This document shows positions 1 through 10,295 of a stretch of 20,664 nucleotides of DNA, piece after piece. Location of the stretch: the NCBI GenBank assembly GCA_024626585.2, contig JANKJI020000004.1, positions 121,155,733 to 121,176,396 of the forward strand, in the 5' to 3' direction. A program made the position numbers and the translations under genes. This DNA comes from Ginkgo biloba. Lineage: Eukaryota > Plantae > Ginkgophyta. Under the pieces are notes generated by a model. It saw only the letters and a list, made by a program, of their open reading frames with translations, was not told the DNA's origin and did no database searches. The stretch's first letter is position 1; the number at the start of each line of letters is the position of its first letter.

Positions 1-380
1 TTGTCTGTGTTGGTGTCTGTCGGTCGGACTTGTCTGTGTCGGTGTCTGTCGGACGTATCTGTCTGTCCCCATCGGTCGTCGCAATAATCCCTTCTCATCA
101 ACTCCGTCGGATGTCGGATAAAGTCCCTATTTGTCGTTGTCGGATTTACCTTCGTTGACCTTTGCGAAGCTTAACTTCATGTCAGCCATCGGTGAGCCTC
201 TGTCGGTCATCACCTCTGTCATCTGTCGGTGAGCCTCTGCCGGTCATCACCCTTGTCGGTCGTCGGTATTTATCCTTGTCGATCATTGGTATTTATCCTT
301 GTCAGTTTTTGTTAGATTGCATCCTGTTGGTAGTTAGTCTTTGGCATACCTACACCGACGAGCCCCTCGCCGACATCGAT
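1..380. repeat. CpG-rich TGTCGG-motif low-complexity region with nested short tandem duplications; probably retroelement-derived
   Basis: Direct repeats at 2-23/31-52 (period 29), 190-214/227-251 (period 37) and 265-280/288-303 (period 23). Confidence 0.7.
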
Positions 381-1929
381 GAGTTAAAGAACAATGAAGA
401 AAAATAACTTGGATCCGAATACAGATCATTTGAGAAGTGATATTTTTAATTGTTTCTCTATGATTAAATATGAGAAGTGAGCTAGCTACAAGAAGTAAGA
501 ACTCATTCATCTTATTTGAAATCTACTTTACTTTGTAAAGAAAGGAAGAAAAGAATTATATTAGCATCCACAAATGACCAAAAGTGGTCAATGGAACCGG
601 TAAGTAGAAGCATGCAAAGTACATCAAAGGAGTGCATATAGCAACTCCATCCTCCTAAATATATCAAAGGAGTGCAAAAGCGATCTCCACCACAACTCTG
701 ACTGCAACAACATCAACAATAATCCATACCAAGAAGGGAAAAAATGACAAAGTGGTTGAAAGTATGGTAAGAGTTGGAAAATGTGCAATATGACTAGATA
801 GAAATTAATTGTGGCTTCCATCCATAACTATAGAATTGCCCAAAGCCTGCGATTAATATCCTCCTCTGTAGAGTCATTTATGGCTGAGCATTTGATGGAG
901 CTTCATTGACTCTCGTTGTACTATATAAACGGGTTGTATTTCACTAGCCCTAGTAGTGTCTCTAGTAACATAAGTCTGAATCTCCCCTAGAGCTCTTGAA
1001 AAAGTTGATCCTAAGGTTGTACTTGTAGCCTTTTGTCTCAAACTGTGTCTTGCTCCTCATATCTTTATTAGGGTTGCCTTCCACTGGGCTGCAAACTTGG
1101 TCAATAGTTCACTCAAGTCTCTAGGTAGTGTTTGATGTCTTGCTGAATGATATGTATGTTGGTACAATAATTGCTCTACATTGCTTGCAAATGTTGTTTT
1201 CAACTAAAGCATAATGATGAGCTTACCTCGTGTTGTCTTAAATGATAAAATTGGAAGCAAATAATGTGTGCATTGCCTTCAAGAAGTTTAGTTTTGCATG
1301 GGCCTAGTAAAATGCTTGTCTAAGGCTTAGGTGTGTTTGCTGATGAATTTTTGGACTCCCTTCCCAATTTCATTGGTTTTCTTAATCCATTTGAGTTTTT
1401 AATCGTCCTTCATACAAGATTCAAGCTAAGCACTACATTTGCTCTGACTTGTTTTAGTGGTCAAGTCAACAACTAAATAGTAATATGGTAGTTTTGTGCA
1501 GGACACACTAAGATAACGTGTAACTTATTTTTGATGTTGATTCTCATGCATATAAGATTGATGGACACGTGTAATATGTCAAAACCTCAATTTATCTACT
1601 CGAACTTTCTCATAGTTTGGGCTGTCATCGTCCCTTGGANNNNNNNNNNNNNNNNNNNNNNNNNNNNNNNNNNNNNNNNNNNNNNNNNNNNNNNNNNNNN
1701 NNNNNNNNNNNNNNNNNNNNNNNNNNNNNNNNNNNNNNNAGATCCAAATTAACATTCTAGGGTTTTCCACACCCATGTATGTCAACTAATCACAGATTCA
1801 AATCATAGAAAGTGCAACAAATTATGTAAACAAGACAAGGCAATCAATGCATACCTTTCCAGGGAAAAAATCCTAGTATTCTAACTTATTTCAAAACTCG
1901 TACAAGCTAACCAATCACTAGATCACTTT

Positions 1930-2610
1930 CAACAGTTGCTTCTCAGCTTAGACGCAAAAATTAGACGTAGAAAAGATGCAAGAAGCAATTAGACAGCCAC
2001 CAGACAAATTTGTCCTTCTTTTGCCGGTTTGTTGGGCCTTCCAGCAGCGCTCGATGTCACGAAAACCCTCCAACAGGGTTTGGCCTTCAACACGGACAAG
2101 GACTTCTTCCAAAGAAGCCTCAAAAAACTCATTGAGAAGCAATAGCTAGCCTTCAACCTAGTCTAGCACAGCAAAATAGCAATAAATGCGACTTGATAAG
2201 ATAGCTTTCAACAAGTAGGACACAAAAAATCAACATTAGGAAGAAAACGCTTTCTCCAAGTGGAAGAAGGATGCAAAAACAAACCCGAAATAAGATCTAA
2301 AGACAATTATGTAGCTTCTAGAAGGGTTTGACCTGCTTCAAACAATTACGGTATCCTTTCTAACAATAACAGAGGGTAAGAAGACCCATAAAAAGGGTTC
2401 AGCCTTCCACAAGGACAACAAGGAAGGCTTCTGCTTCCAAAATAGCCTTACGAAAGTCACATAAATTTAGTGGTAGCCTTCAATTAGGCTTAGGACAACA
2501 ATCTAGCAGAAGATACAACTCCTTAGGTCTACGTTCTACAGATAGGATGCAAAAAAAATTTCATTAAGTAGGTCGTTGGCTTCAGGTGGAAGGACACAAA
2601 AAAATACAAG
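1930..2610. repeat. Degenerate sub-repeat array (GCCTTC...GGA(C/T)(A/G)CAAAAA), probably part of an LTR element
   Basis: gccttc/gcttc followed by ggacacaaa or ggatgcaaaa recurs many times (for example about 2205-2229, 2268, 2476-2500, 2544, 2579-2604). It abuts the LTR at 2633. Confidence 0.5.
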
Positions 2611-2632
2611 AGATGGTGAGGAAATGAGAGGA

Positions 2633-2945
2633 TATGATCTCAGGTAGGATTTTGAGAAATCAAACACAACAGAACAATACACTAGATTTCCAAGTAGAAT
2701 TGGTCGATCACAAATATTTTATTAATCTCAAACGCTACGATACACAATACATGAATCTCCTCAATTAATCGATCTAATTGTACAATGGGTACAGGGTATA
2801 TTAATAGATGCCCAAATAATACCCACCCTTATAACTTCCTTCAAAAGTTATGATTAATCAATAATTATATAATTAAATAATGGGGCATTAATGTTACAAT
2901 GAATAAACATAAGGTACAATGAAATAATCATTAATTATTCCAACA
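2633..2945 (-). mobile_element. LTR (solo or truncated) related to 6834-7108
   Basis: Shares ordered blocks with 6834-7108: aatcaaacac, gtagaattggtc, gggtac.gggt, cccaaataata, aagttatgattaa and cattaattattccaaca. The left boundary is uncertain and no TSD was found. Confidence 0.7.
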
Positions 2946-3049
2946 ATTCATAGCCTATGCATGTCATTTCAATGCAAACTAACATTGCCTAATGTATGAT
3001 GCCCAATAATGATCTTGTTTGCTTTAAATTCAAGTTATAAAAGTAGTTT

Positions 3050-3865
3050 TCAAAGATTATTACAATCATGCATTTTGTACGTGTCTTTTCCTCATAAATG
3101 TTTCAATGGTTTGAAATGTTTCACAAACATACTTAAATGGTTTGAAATGTGTCGCAAACACATTTCAATGGTTCGAAATGTTATTGAAATGCTATTCAAA
3201 CTCTTGAAACATGTTTTGATGTTACTAGGTTTCTTTCTTTGTCTATTCCGTTATGTTCTTATCAACATACACAAATTTGGCTAAAAGATGTAATTACATA
3301 TGGAAAACAATGATCATTTTTCCCTTAGGTGATGATCCATAGTGTTAGTTAGGGATCTACATCATCTACTAGTATAAGATTAAATGATAAGAAAATAATA
3401 TTTTGGAAAACTTTTGAAAATGAAGTTAGATCTATTTTCTTAAATTCACAATACATCACAAAAATATTTTTAATATGTATTAAATTAGAGTTATATTTAT
3501 TTATTTGGATCTCTTNNNNNNNNNNNNNNNNNNNNNNNNNNNNNNNNNNNNNNNNNNNNNNNNNNNNNNNNNNNNNNNNNNNNNNNNNNNNNNNNNNNNN
3601 NNNNNNNNNNNNNNNTCTAGTATATAGCTTTTTGAGGTTAGTATTATGTTTGTTAGTTCTATATTAGACTAGATCTAAAACAAACTATAATGTTAAAAAG
3701 AAAAAGATTTCAAAGGGTTATTACTATCACATGTTTTCTACACGTTTTTCCTTCTTAAATGCATTTTAATGGTTTGAAATTGTCATGAAACACTTCTTAA
3801 GGTCTTGAAACATTTTTTTGGGTTTCCTTTTCCTGCCATCTTTGTTTTGACATACATAAACATAA
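3050..3865. repeat. Two diverged copies of a repeat unit (about 3050-3275 and 3710-3865) with a 31-bp internal tandem
   Basis: AATGGTTYGAAATG occurs at 3105, 3136 and 3167. caaag..ttattac.atca, aatggtttgaaat, tcttgaaacat and acataca occur in the same order in both copies. A 100-N gap lies between the copies. Confidence 0.7.
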
Positions 3866-3951
3866 ACTTACTTTTTCTTTTGACTTTTTACTATCTTATG
3901 GTCAAATACTTATACTTTACAATTTATGTATAAATCCAAAACCCAAAAATA

Positions 3952-4280
3952 TGTTGAAATTTGATATTAGAATTGATCTAATACCATAGGAAATGAATGA
4001 ACAAGCATAGATAATAACACATAATTCTGGTAGAATTTGTCTACCAAGACCCTCAACTCAACTCATTTAATTCATGTACATGACCCAACGTTTATATACA
4101 TAAGAGGTATTGTAATTGTCGTTCCTGGACATGACACTTGTCGAGTAACTTCCAACACATGTCACCCTAGGGACTGACCCTACGACGACTCAACTCTTTA
4201 CTATTTTAATATTACATGAAATATTTAGGTCTTATAACATTACGTTATAAGCCACACTTCAAACATTAATTATTCTAACA
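3952..4280 (-). mobile_element. 3' LTR (about 329 bp) of the copia element
   Basis: Starts TGTTAGAAT right after the PPT and ends ATTTCAACA (plus-strand tgttgaaat at 3952), giving TG...CA ends with an imperfect terminal inverted repeat. A TATA-like GTATATAAAC lies on the minus strand near 4090-4099. Confidence 0.85.
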
Positions 4281-4729
4281 CTTCCCCTTAATGTTTACAT
4301 CATTCTTCATAATACCGATCCCATCTCTGAAGTTCTGGAATTTGTCTGAGCCAGAGGTTTGGTGAAGATGTCAACAATCTGCTCTTCAATCGTTTTGTAC
4401 ACCAACTCCATCTCCCCATTTTGTATCAACTCCATGATGAAATGACAATTGACCTTGATATGCTTTGTCCTCGCATGAAACATAGGATTCTTGGCCAGCT
4501 TCAGTGTACTCTGATTATCACAGTACAACGTTGTCGCTTCCTCCTGATGTAGCCCATATCACCAAGAATTTGCCTCAGCCAGATGGCTTCTGATGTAGTT
4601 GCAACTGCTATTGCAACTTTATACTCATCTTCTGTCGAGAAAGGGCAACTGTCGGTTGCTTCTTACTACTCCATATAACTGCAACTGATACCAAACTGAA
4701 ACAATAACCAGATGTAGACCTCTTGGTGT
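4281..4729 (-). mobile_element. Ty1/copia pol 3' end (RNase H), frameshifted, with polypurine tract
   Basis: The minus strand reads KRSTSGYCF...WSSKKQPTVAL / STEDEY...EAIWLRQIL / LYCDNQSTLKLAKNPMFHARTKHIKVNCHFI...QIVDIFTKPL across several frameshifts. PPT ATTAAGGGGAAG (4292-4281) directly precedes TGTTAGAAT. Cut by the N gap at 4730. Confidence 0.96.
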
Positions 4730-4829
4730 NNNNNNNNNNNNNNNNNNNNNNNNNNNNNNNNNNNNNNNNNNNNNNNNNNNNNNNNNNNNNNNNNNNNNNN
4801 NNNNNNNNNNNNNNNNNNNNNNNNNNNNN

Positions 4830-4930
4830 AACCTAAAGTCAACTAAACATAAAGCTAGACAACTAATTTGACTTAACTTAAAGTACAATTAATTAGCCAA
4901 GTGACATGTGACGAACATTATTATCCAACA
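4830..4930 (-). mobile_element. LTR terminus fragment next to a gap
   Basis: Ends aacattattatccaaca (minus TGTTGGATAATAATGTT) and has taaagtacaatta, also seen at about 7039-7051. Confidence 0.55.
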
Positions 4931-5998
4931 TAAAAATCCTAACTTTGGCTCCAAAATTTACACTATCTTACGGGAGTGATTTTGGGGTCATAAAGTGGCC
5001 AAATTTGACACTCCTTGTATAAATTTGGCATAGGAGAATTTGAACTTTTTGAATACACAAAAACAATGTTGAAGAAAGAATGTGTGCTTTGTGTTGAGTG
5101 AAGAATTTGAGAAGGTGTTAAGCGCTAGAAGGAAAGATTGCAACCAGGCGATCGGGTGACGAGCAGGAGTCCATTGTGGAAGAAGTCTTTGTTAAGAGAG
5201 AAATCGCCAATGATTGGTGAGGGGGAGCAGAATTGTGTTAGAATCCTACCATAGTCATGGGAGAAATGGTGCTAGAGATTTGAATTGAGATACAAGGAGA
5301 ATTACTTGACAGAGTTGTTTGCCAAGATCGTGGGGGATAGTGGACCTTGCATAGGTGAGCAGGATAAGATCGGGCCACCAGGAGAAGAAACGGAAGTTGG
5401 TAGAGAAAACATGAAGAAAACCCCTGAAACCAAAGTTTGTCTTTGCTAGTGAAATGAGACAATTTTGAAGTCACTAGTTGTCATTTGAATCCGGCACTGT
5501 GAAAAAGAAGAGGAGCAAACAAGAATCAAAGATGCCATGGATTCATAGAGGCGAATTGAGAAAATTTAGAAGAAATCGTAGAATCAGAGCGTGCACGAGT
5601 CTGCCCATTTAATTTTTTTTTTTTTCAAAAAAATTCCTAAATTAAACCTTAGGAATAAAAAAAATAAATTAAAAGGTGCTTATCTTTTAAAGACTAGGGT
5701 CACATAAAAGCCCCTAAGTGTTAATTTGCAGGGTTAAATGTTGTTTTGTTAAGAATTTGTTCCTCAAAGGGAGGTCATATGGACCTTTGTTGCTTCTAAA
5801 AGAGATTCTGAACTTGATAATGGTTGTAAAACTCAATTAAAACTTGTCACAAGCGAAATTTTAAGTGCAAGTAACAATTTTGTTGAAAATTTTTAAAGNN
5901 NNNNNNNNNNNNNNNNNNNNNNNNNNNNNNNNNNNNNNNNNNNNNNNNNNNNNNNNNNNNNNNNNNNNNNNNNNNNNNNNNNNNNNNNNNNNNNNNNN

Positions 5999-6820
5999 GG
6001 AGCGGCCGCTTCCTGCCAGGAAACGGCTCTCGGCCGTACCCGAAACGGGTACGATCGGGGTACAGTTGGGAAACATTTCCCAATCGTACCGCTCCCGCTC
6101 TTGGGCCGTACCCATATCTGATCCGATTCGGGTACGGGATACGGTACCTCAGGGCCGGATCCTGGTAAATTAGGATTTTTTTAATAAAAAATTGGGCCTC
6201 TGCTCGCGTGGCGTTGTGTCCACCCGAATCACGATTTCGCTACGATCTCCAAATCGCGTGACTTCACTACCCTTCGAATCTCCGGACCATGCTTTACCTT
6301 TGTGGGATGGGTTGTTGGCGTTCTTTTCTCCCACTGTCGTGGGCTTTTCTCCCACGCGACTTTACCTGCGAGTCCACGACGCACACCTTTGACGACTTCT
6401 TCCCCAACTTCGTCCAACACTGAGCATCTTACAGACAAACTCTAGACTTTACCACTCCTTCTCCCTAACGTTTTCTCTTTTGCAGATGGTGCTTAGACCT
6501 GTGAACATAACTCTCACAGAGGGCGTTCTTCTCCCACCTTCTCAATGATGCGATTCTTCAAACAAACTGGCTTTCTCCCGTTCTCGATGATCTGCTCCTT
6601 TTTTCTCCATGGGATGATTGTGTGCCCTATCACCGAACGTCTTTACATCCTTCCTTCACAAAAAAAAAAAGGAAAAGGCAGTTTGTAATCGAACAATAGA
6701 TGTTCTCCATGAATTCTCTGTTAGGGTTTTACAAATTTGAATTTGTACTATAACCAGGGTTTTTAAAACCCTTCTTTGATTCTTCAATCTCGAATCCGCA
6801 AACCGCTCCTGAACCTGGGA
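5999..6820 (-). mobile_element. Probable 5' untranslated leader of the LTR element starting at 7108
   Basis: Lies contiguously downstream of the PBS on the minus strand. CpG-rich, has a telo-box-like AAACCCTAA (6721-6729) and a palindrome cluster, and shows no recognisable gag ORF before the gap. Confidence 0.45.
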
Positions 6821-6832
6821 CCTCTGATACTA
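6821..6832 (-). promoter_or_regulatory. Primer-binding site, tRNA-iMet type (degenerate)
   Basis: Minus-strand TAGTATCAGAGG compared with the canonical TGGTATCAGAGC, 1 nt downstream of the LTR-terminal CA. Confidence 0.7.
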
Positions 6833-6833
6833 A

Positions 6834-7108
6834 TGCGAACTCAGGATCACNNNNNNNNNNNNNNNNNNNNGAATCAAACACATGACGAGATTTTTGGGTA
6901 GAATTGGTCTACCACAGATTTTTTATTATTATAGTATTATGGGTACGGGGTCTATCAAATAGACACCCAAATAATAACTTTCTCGTAACTTTCTTCCGAA
7001 GTTATGATTAACAATAATTAATGACATCATTAAATACATAAAGTACAATTACATTTATTACAATGACTAAATATAAGAAGTGGTGACTAAACATTAATTA
7101 TTCCAACA
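6834..7108 (-). mobile_element. 5' LTR of an LTR retrotransposon (probably copia), inserted into the hAT relic
   Basis: The minus strand starts TGTTGGAATAATTAATG and ends ...TTCGCA, followed by a PBS-like sequence. Visibly homologous to 2633-2945. Contains a 20-N gap. Confidence 0.8.
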
Positions 7109-8770
7109 TTTGAAGCCTTCTTATCCTTGTTTGGAGCTTTCCTGCGTAGTATAAGACAAATTCCCTCATTATAGAATTTGGGATTCAAAGCACACATCGA
7201 AGTATCCAATGGTATAGTGATTTTGTTCCATCTTTGAACAACAAAACCTTGATTTTGTTGTAAAGGTTCTCATTCTCATTCTTCTCCTCTAGGTTGATGG
7301 TTTCTTTGATTTTCTCAAGCATTATATCCACACCCTCGCAAAGTTTTTCTAAACAAGGTGTGTCCGCATTAGTCAAGTGTCTCATATATACCATTGTCTC
7401 ACAAAGGTTCTCCAAGTATGGAACTCTTGCTAGCCAAATGTCATCATGAAGAATTTTCTTAACCTCTTGAGCACTCTCAGTACTTGACTACCTCCAAATA
7501 TCCCTTTCGTCACAAATAACCATCTTGCACAATACATATTCAACCTCTAAAAGCCTCCTCAACACATTATAATGGGTGGCAAAATGGGTTTCAACAACTC
7601 TCCACAAGAAATTGAATAAAAGAACAAAAATTAAAATCAAACTATAGTCTAGTATCTAGTCATTGCCTTCAATCAATGGGAGAGAAAATTGAATTGTCCA
7701 TAAAGCAATAAAAAATGAAGTGTAAGTTGAAAACATTAACCTTAAACAACTCTGTAGATGCGGATTGTAGATAGATGGCTTGGGCCATATGATAATTGGA
7801 GATGAACATCTAAATCTCCTTATCATTGATTTGCTTGATCCCTCCAATACTAATAATATTCTTTAATATCAAATTTATATTATGAATGGTACAAGGAGTC
7901 CAAAATAAAAGTTTGTACTTTGCCTCCACCAATAACTCAATTTCTTTACAAACCCTTGCTTTATGGATGGTGATTTACATATTGTTAGAGCGCCTAACAC
8001 TTTAGGGTGCAAAAAGAAATGTTGGCAATGGAGGGGAAATTTGAGAACTCCCCATTGTAATCAATAACATTAAGAAACATCGAACCTTTAGGTGAAATTT
8101 TAATTAGATAGATCGATGACGTATTCCTTGCAATCCATTCATTTGAAATAATAGACACACTTGTTGTCTCTAAAGAAAATATTTGATTAGATCCACAACC
8201 TATTACACATGATCCCTTTCCTTTTCAAGCAATGCTGTGTGCATCTTTTCAAAAGAAGGGCTGTCGTATCCCTTGGGTCCATCATTTGTGTCCCTCACCA
8301 TGTCTTGCTAGTAAAGTGACTAGATTGTATTGAATGACATCCCATATGCATAGATGCATCTTGCAACACAATAATCAATTATTTTCTCCCATTAATGTCC
8401 ATTATCTTTTCTAATGCCCCCATTTTTTTCCTCCTCTTACATGTTGCAGTGACTACATGTGGAATAGGTGCGAATGCAAAAGCCTTTTTGCAAGGTGTTG
8501 ATAACCACTTTCAAAGTGGTCTTTTCATTAAGCCCTTCCTCTTTGCATTGTCTGTTTTGGGACAAATCTTCACTCAAATTCTAGTGATGTGTAAAAGATG
8601 GGCTTTTACCCCAAAGTAGGAACCACTATTTTTTTCATATTAATTGCATTGCTATCTCTTGCATCTTGCTCCCTGACCTTCCCATATTGGACCCTCTCCA
8701 TCATCACTGTCACATTTGTTATTTTTGGTTCCCCTTTTTGTGTCAACTCCAACCGATGCTTTGAGGAATC
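7109..8770 (-). mobile_element. Degenerate hAT-superfamily transposase (BED zinc finger + DUF659/RNase H-like core)
   Basis: Minus-strand fragments occur in the expected order. BED-like GPIW...QCN*...GSYFGVKAHLLHI...ICPK (about 8700-8560). GMSFNTI*SLY*QDMVRDTNDGPKGYDSPSFEKM (about 8345-8245). VSIISNEW, a decayed SDGW (about 8160-8135). WTPCTIHNINLILKNI (about 7905-7855). A probable intron at about 7740-7599, then VETHFATHY (TRFAT-like), ADTPCLEKLCEGVDIMLEKIK and LNPKFY (about 7185-7170). Many stops and frameshifts. Confidence 0.88.
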
Positions 8771-9069
8771 ATAAATTTGCACATAATTGGAAACTTACAC
8801 ACAAAAAACCTTCAAGACAAACTCTATAAAGAGACAAGGAGTTTTCTAGTTGTACNNNNNNNNNNNNNNNNNNNNNNNNNNNNNNNNNNNNNNNNNNNNN
8901 NNNNNNNNNNNNNNNNNNNNNNNNNNNNNNNNNNNNNNNNNNNNNNNNNNNNNNNACATTGTAATGGTATTGCACAATTCCTTGGGAGAAGCTTATCGTG
9001 TCGTAGAAGCCCTACCCTTGGTATAAGGAGATACTTAGTTAACTTGTCTCTTGCTTAATATCTCCACAG

Positions 9070-10295
9070 TTCTCATTGTTTAATGACACACTTTTATAAA
9101 GGGTCGGTTATTCTCAAGGTAACTAAAGTCAGGCATAAGATCTTGTAAGTCACATGATAGTCCATATACTAGTCATGACGGTATGAACAAGTCTTTGGAT
9201 GAAATTGGAAGAACACGAAGATAGATATATTAGAATAGCATACTTGTGCAAAATATAAAGCAGGCAAAGAACATCTTGGAGTAAATACATCTCTATGGAC
9301 TTTGTCACATATATAGCATTGAACCGGTCTCAGATTAATTAGATTAGTTTTTGACAGATTGATTACATGATGTAAAATACTTCACAAAGGATGGATCTTG
9401 CTAAGTTACTGATTATTAAAATCTTTCAATGTTTGATTGTCTAAAACCATAGTAAGTGACAAGGATCAAAAGTTCCTCAATAAGACAGTTCTTTTGTGAA
9501 TTTGCCACAAAATTGGATTCCAGCAATTGGGACTACCTCCAAACAGATGGTTACATGAAGGAAGTCAACAGTATAATGGAAGATATGCTTTGCTCACACA
9601 TAGTAGAGAAGCAATGTGTAGGTTGCACTTGTTGGAGTTTCCCTAATAATAGTATGCACACTTCCATTGGTATGCCTCCATTCCAGGCCATATATGGTGA
9701 TGATTCATTTATACCAACTCAACTACGTAGGTTGGAAGCAAAGATGGAGTTGTGCTGTTAAATGTTGGGTGAGATGCAAGAAATTATCAGCAAATGTAAA
9801 TGGAAATGCATAAAGCTCAAACAAGAGCAAAGTTATATATGGGTTGAGAGAAGACACTTAATGAGCTTGAGGTCAACAGTTGGTTATACTTGAAGGGTTA
9901 AACCCAATAGTTCTCTATCCACAGGTAAATGCTCAATGTTGTCACAAAGATATTGCATTCCTTCCAAATGGTGGAAAAGACTAGCAAAACTACTTACAAA
10001 CTTTAATTGAATCAGAGACTTAAAAGTTTTTCAAATAAGCGTTTTGAAGAAGGCACTGCCTTATTTTGGCAATCAACTTCCACCATATGTTGATATTCAA
10101 GGGATAGAAACAATTAACTGTGAACTGCAAATTGCCCTGCAAACAATAGTCAGGAAGTTGTTAACAAGTGTATTAAGGAACATTTGGCACAATTGTTAGA
10201 TTGTCCCATTGAGGTGGCTATTTGGGAAACATATGCCTTTTGCAAGGTCTATGACCTCATTGAGGACACCAGTTCTTGAAACTTGTGAAGAAGTA
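9070..10295 (+). mobile_element. Degenerate Ty3/gypsy (chromovirus-type) integrase + chromodomain
   Basis: Ordered decayed motifs: HDSPYTSH (HHCC, about 9152), ISMDFVT (about 9290), KTIVSDKDQKF (about 9445), YLQTDG...VNSIMEDML, NNSMHTSIGMPPFQAIYG, GKCSMLSQRYCIPF...TYKL (GPF/Y module), VFQISVLKK, KEHLAQLLDCPIEVAIWE (chromodomain-like, about 10175-10230) and a terminal ttgaggac. Confidence 0.9.

Noticed and set aside
1595-1639. Minus-strand PRDDDSPNYEKVR, resembling the hAT PKGY.SP.YEKVR motif
   Set aside because: Only about 13 codons next to a gap, and the similarity stops immediately afterwards. Too short to call.
3105-3180. Repeat-spacer-like 31-bp periodicity reminiscent of a CRISPR array
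   Set aside because: Eukaryotic context, only three units, the spacers are mutually similar, and there are no cas genes. An ordinary degenerate tandem repeat.
4684-4692. Minus-strand TGGTATCAG, resembling a tRNA-iMet PBS
   Set aside because: Lies inside the copia RNase H coding sequence and does not follow an LTR end.
2633-7108. The LTRs at 2633-2945 and 6834-7108 as the two ends of one element
   Set aside because: No PPT beside 2945, no matching TSD, and visible divergence between the copies.
8780-9068. Possible solo LTR between the hAT and gypsy relics (ends ...ctccaca)
   Set aside because: Interrupted by a gap, with no clear TG start, TSD, PBS or PPT.
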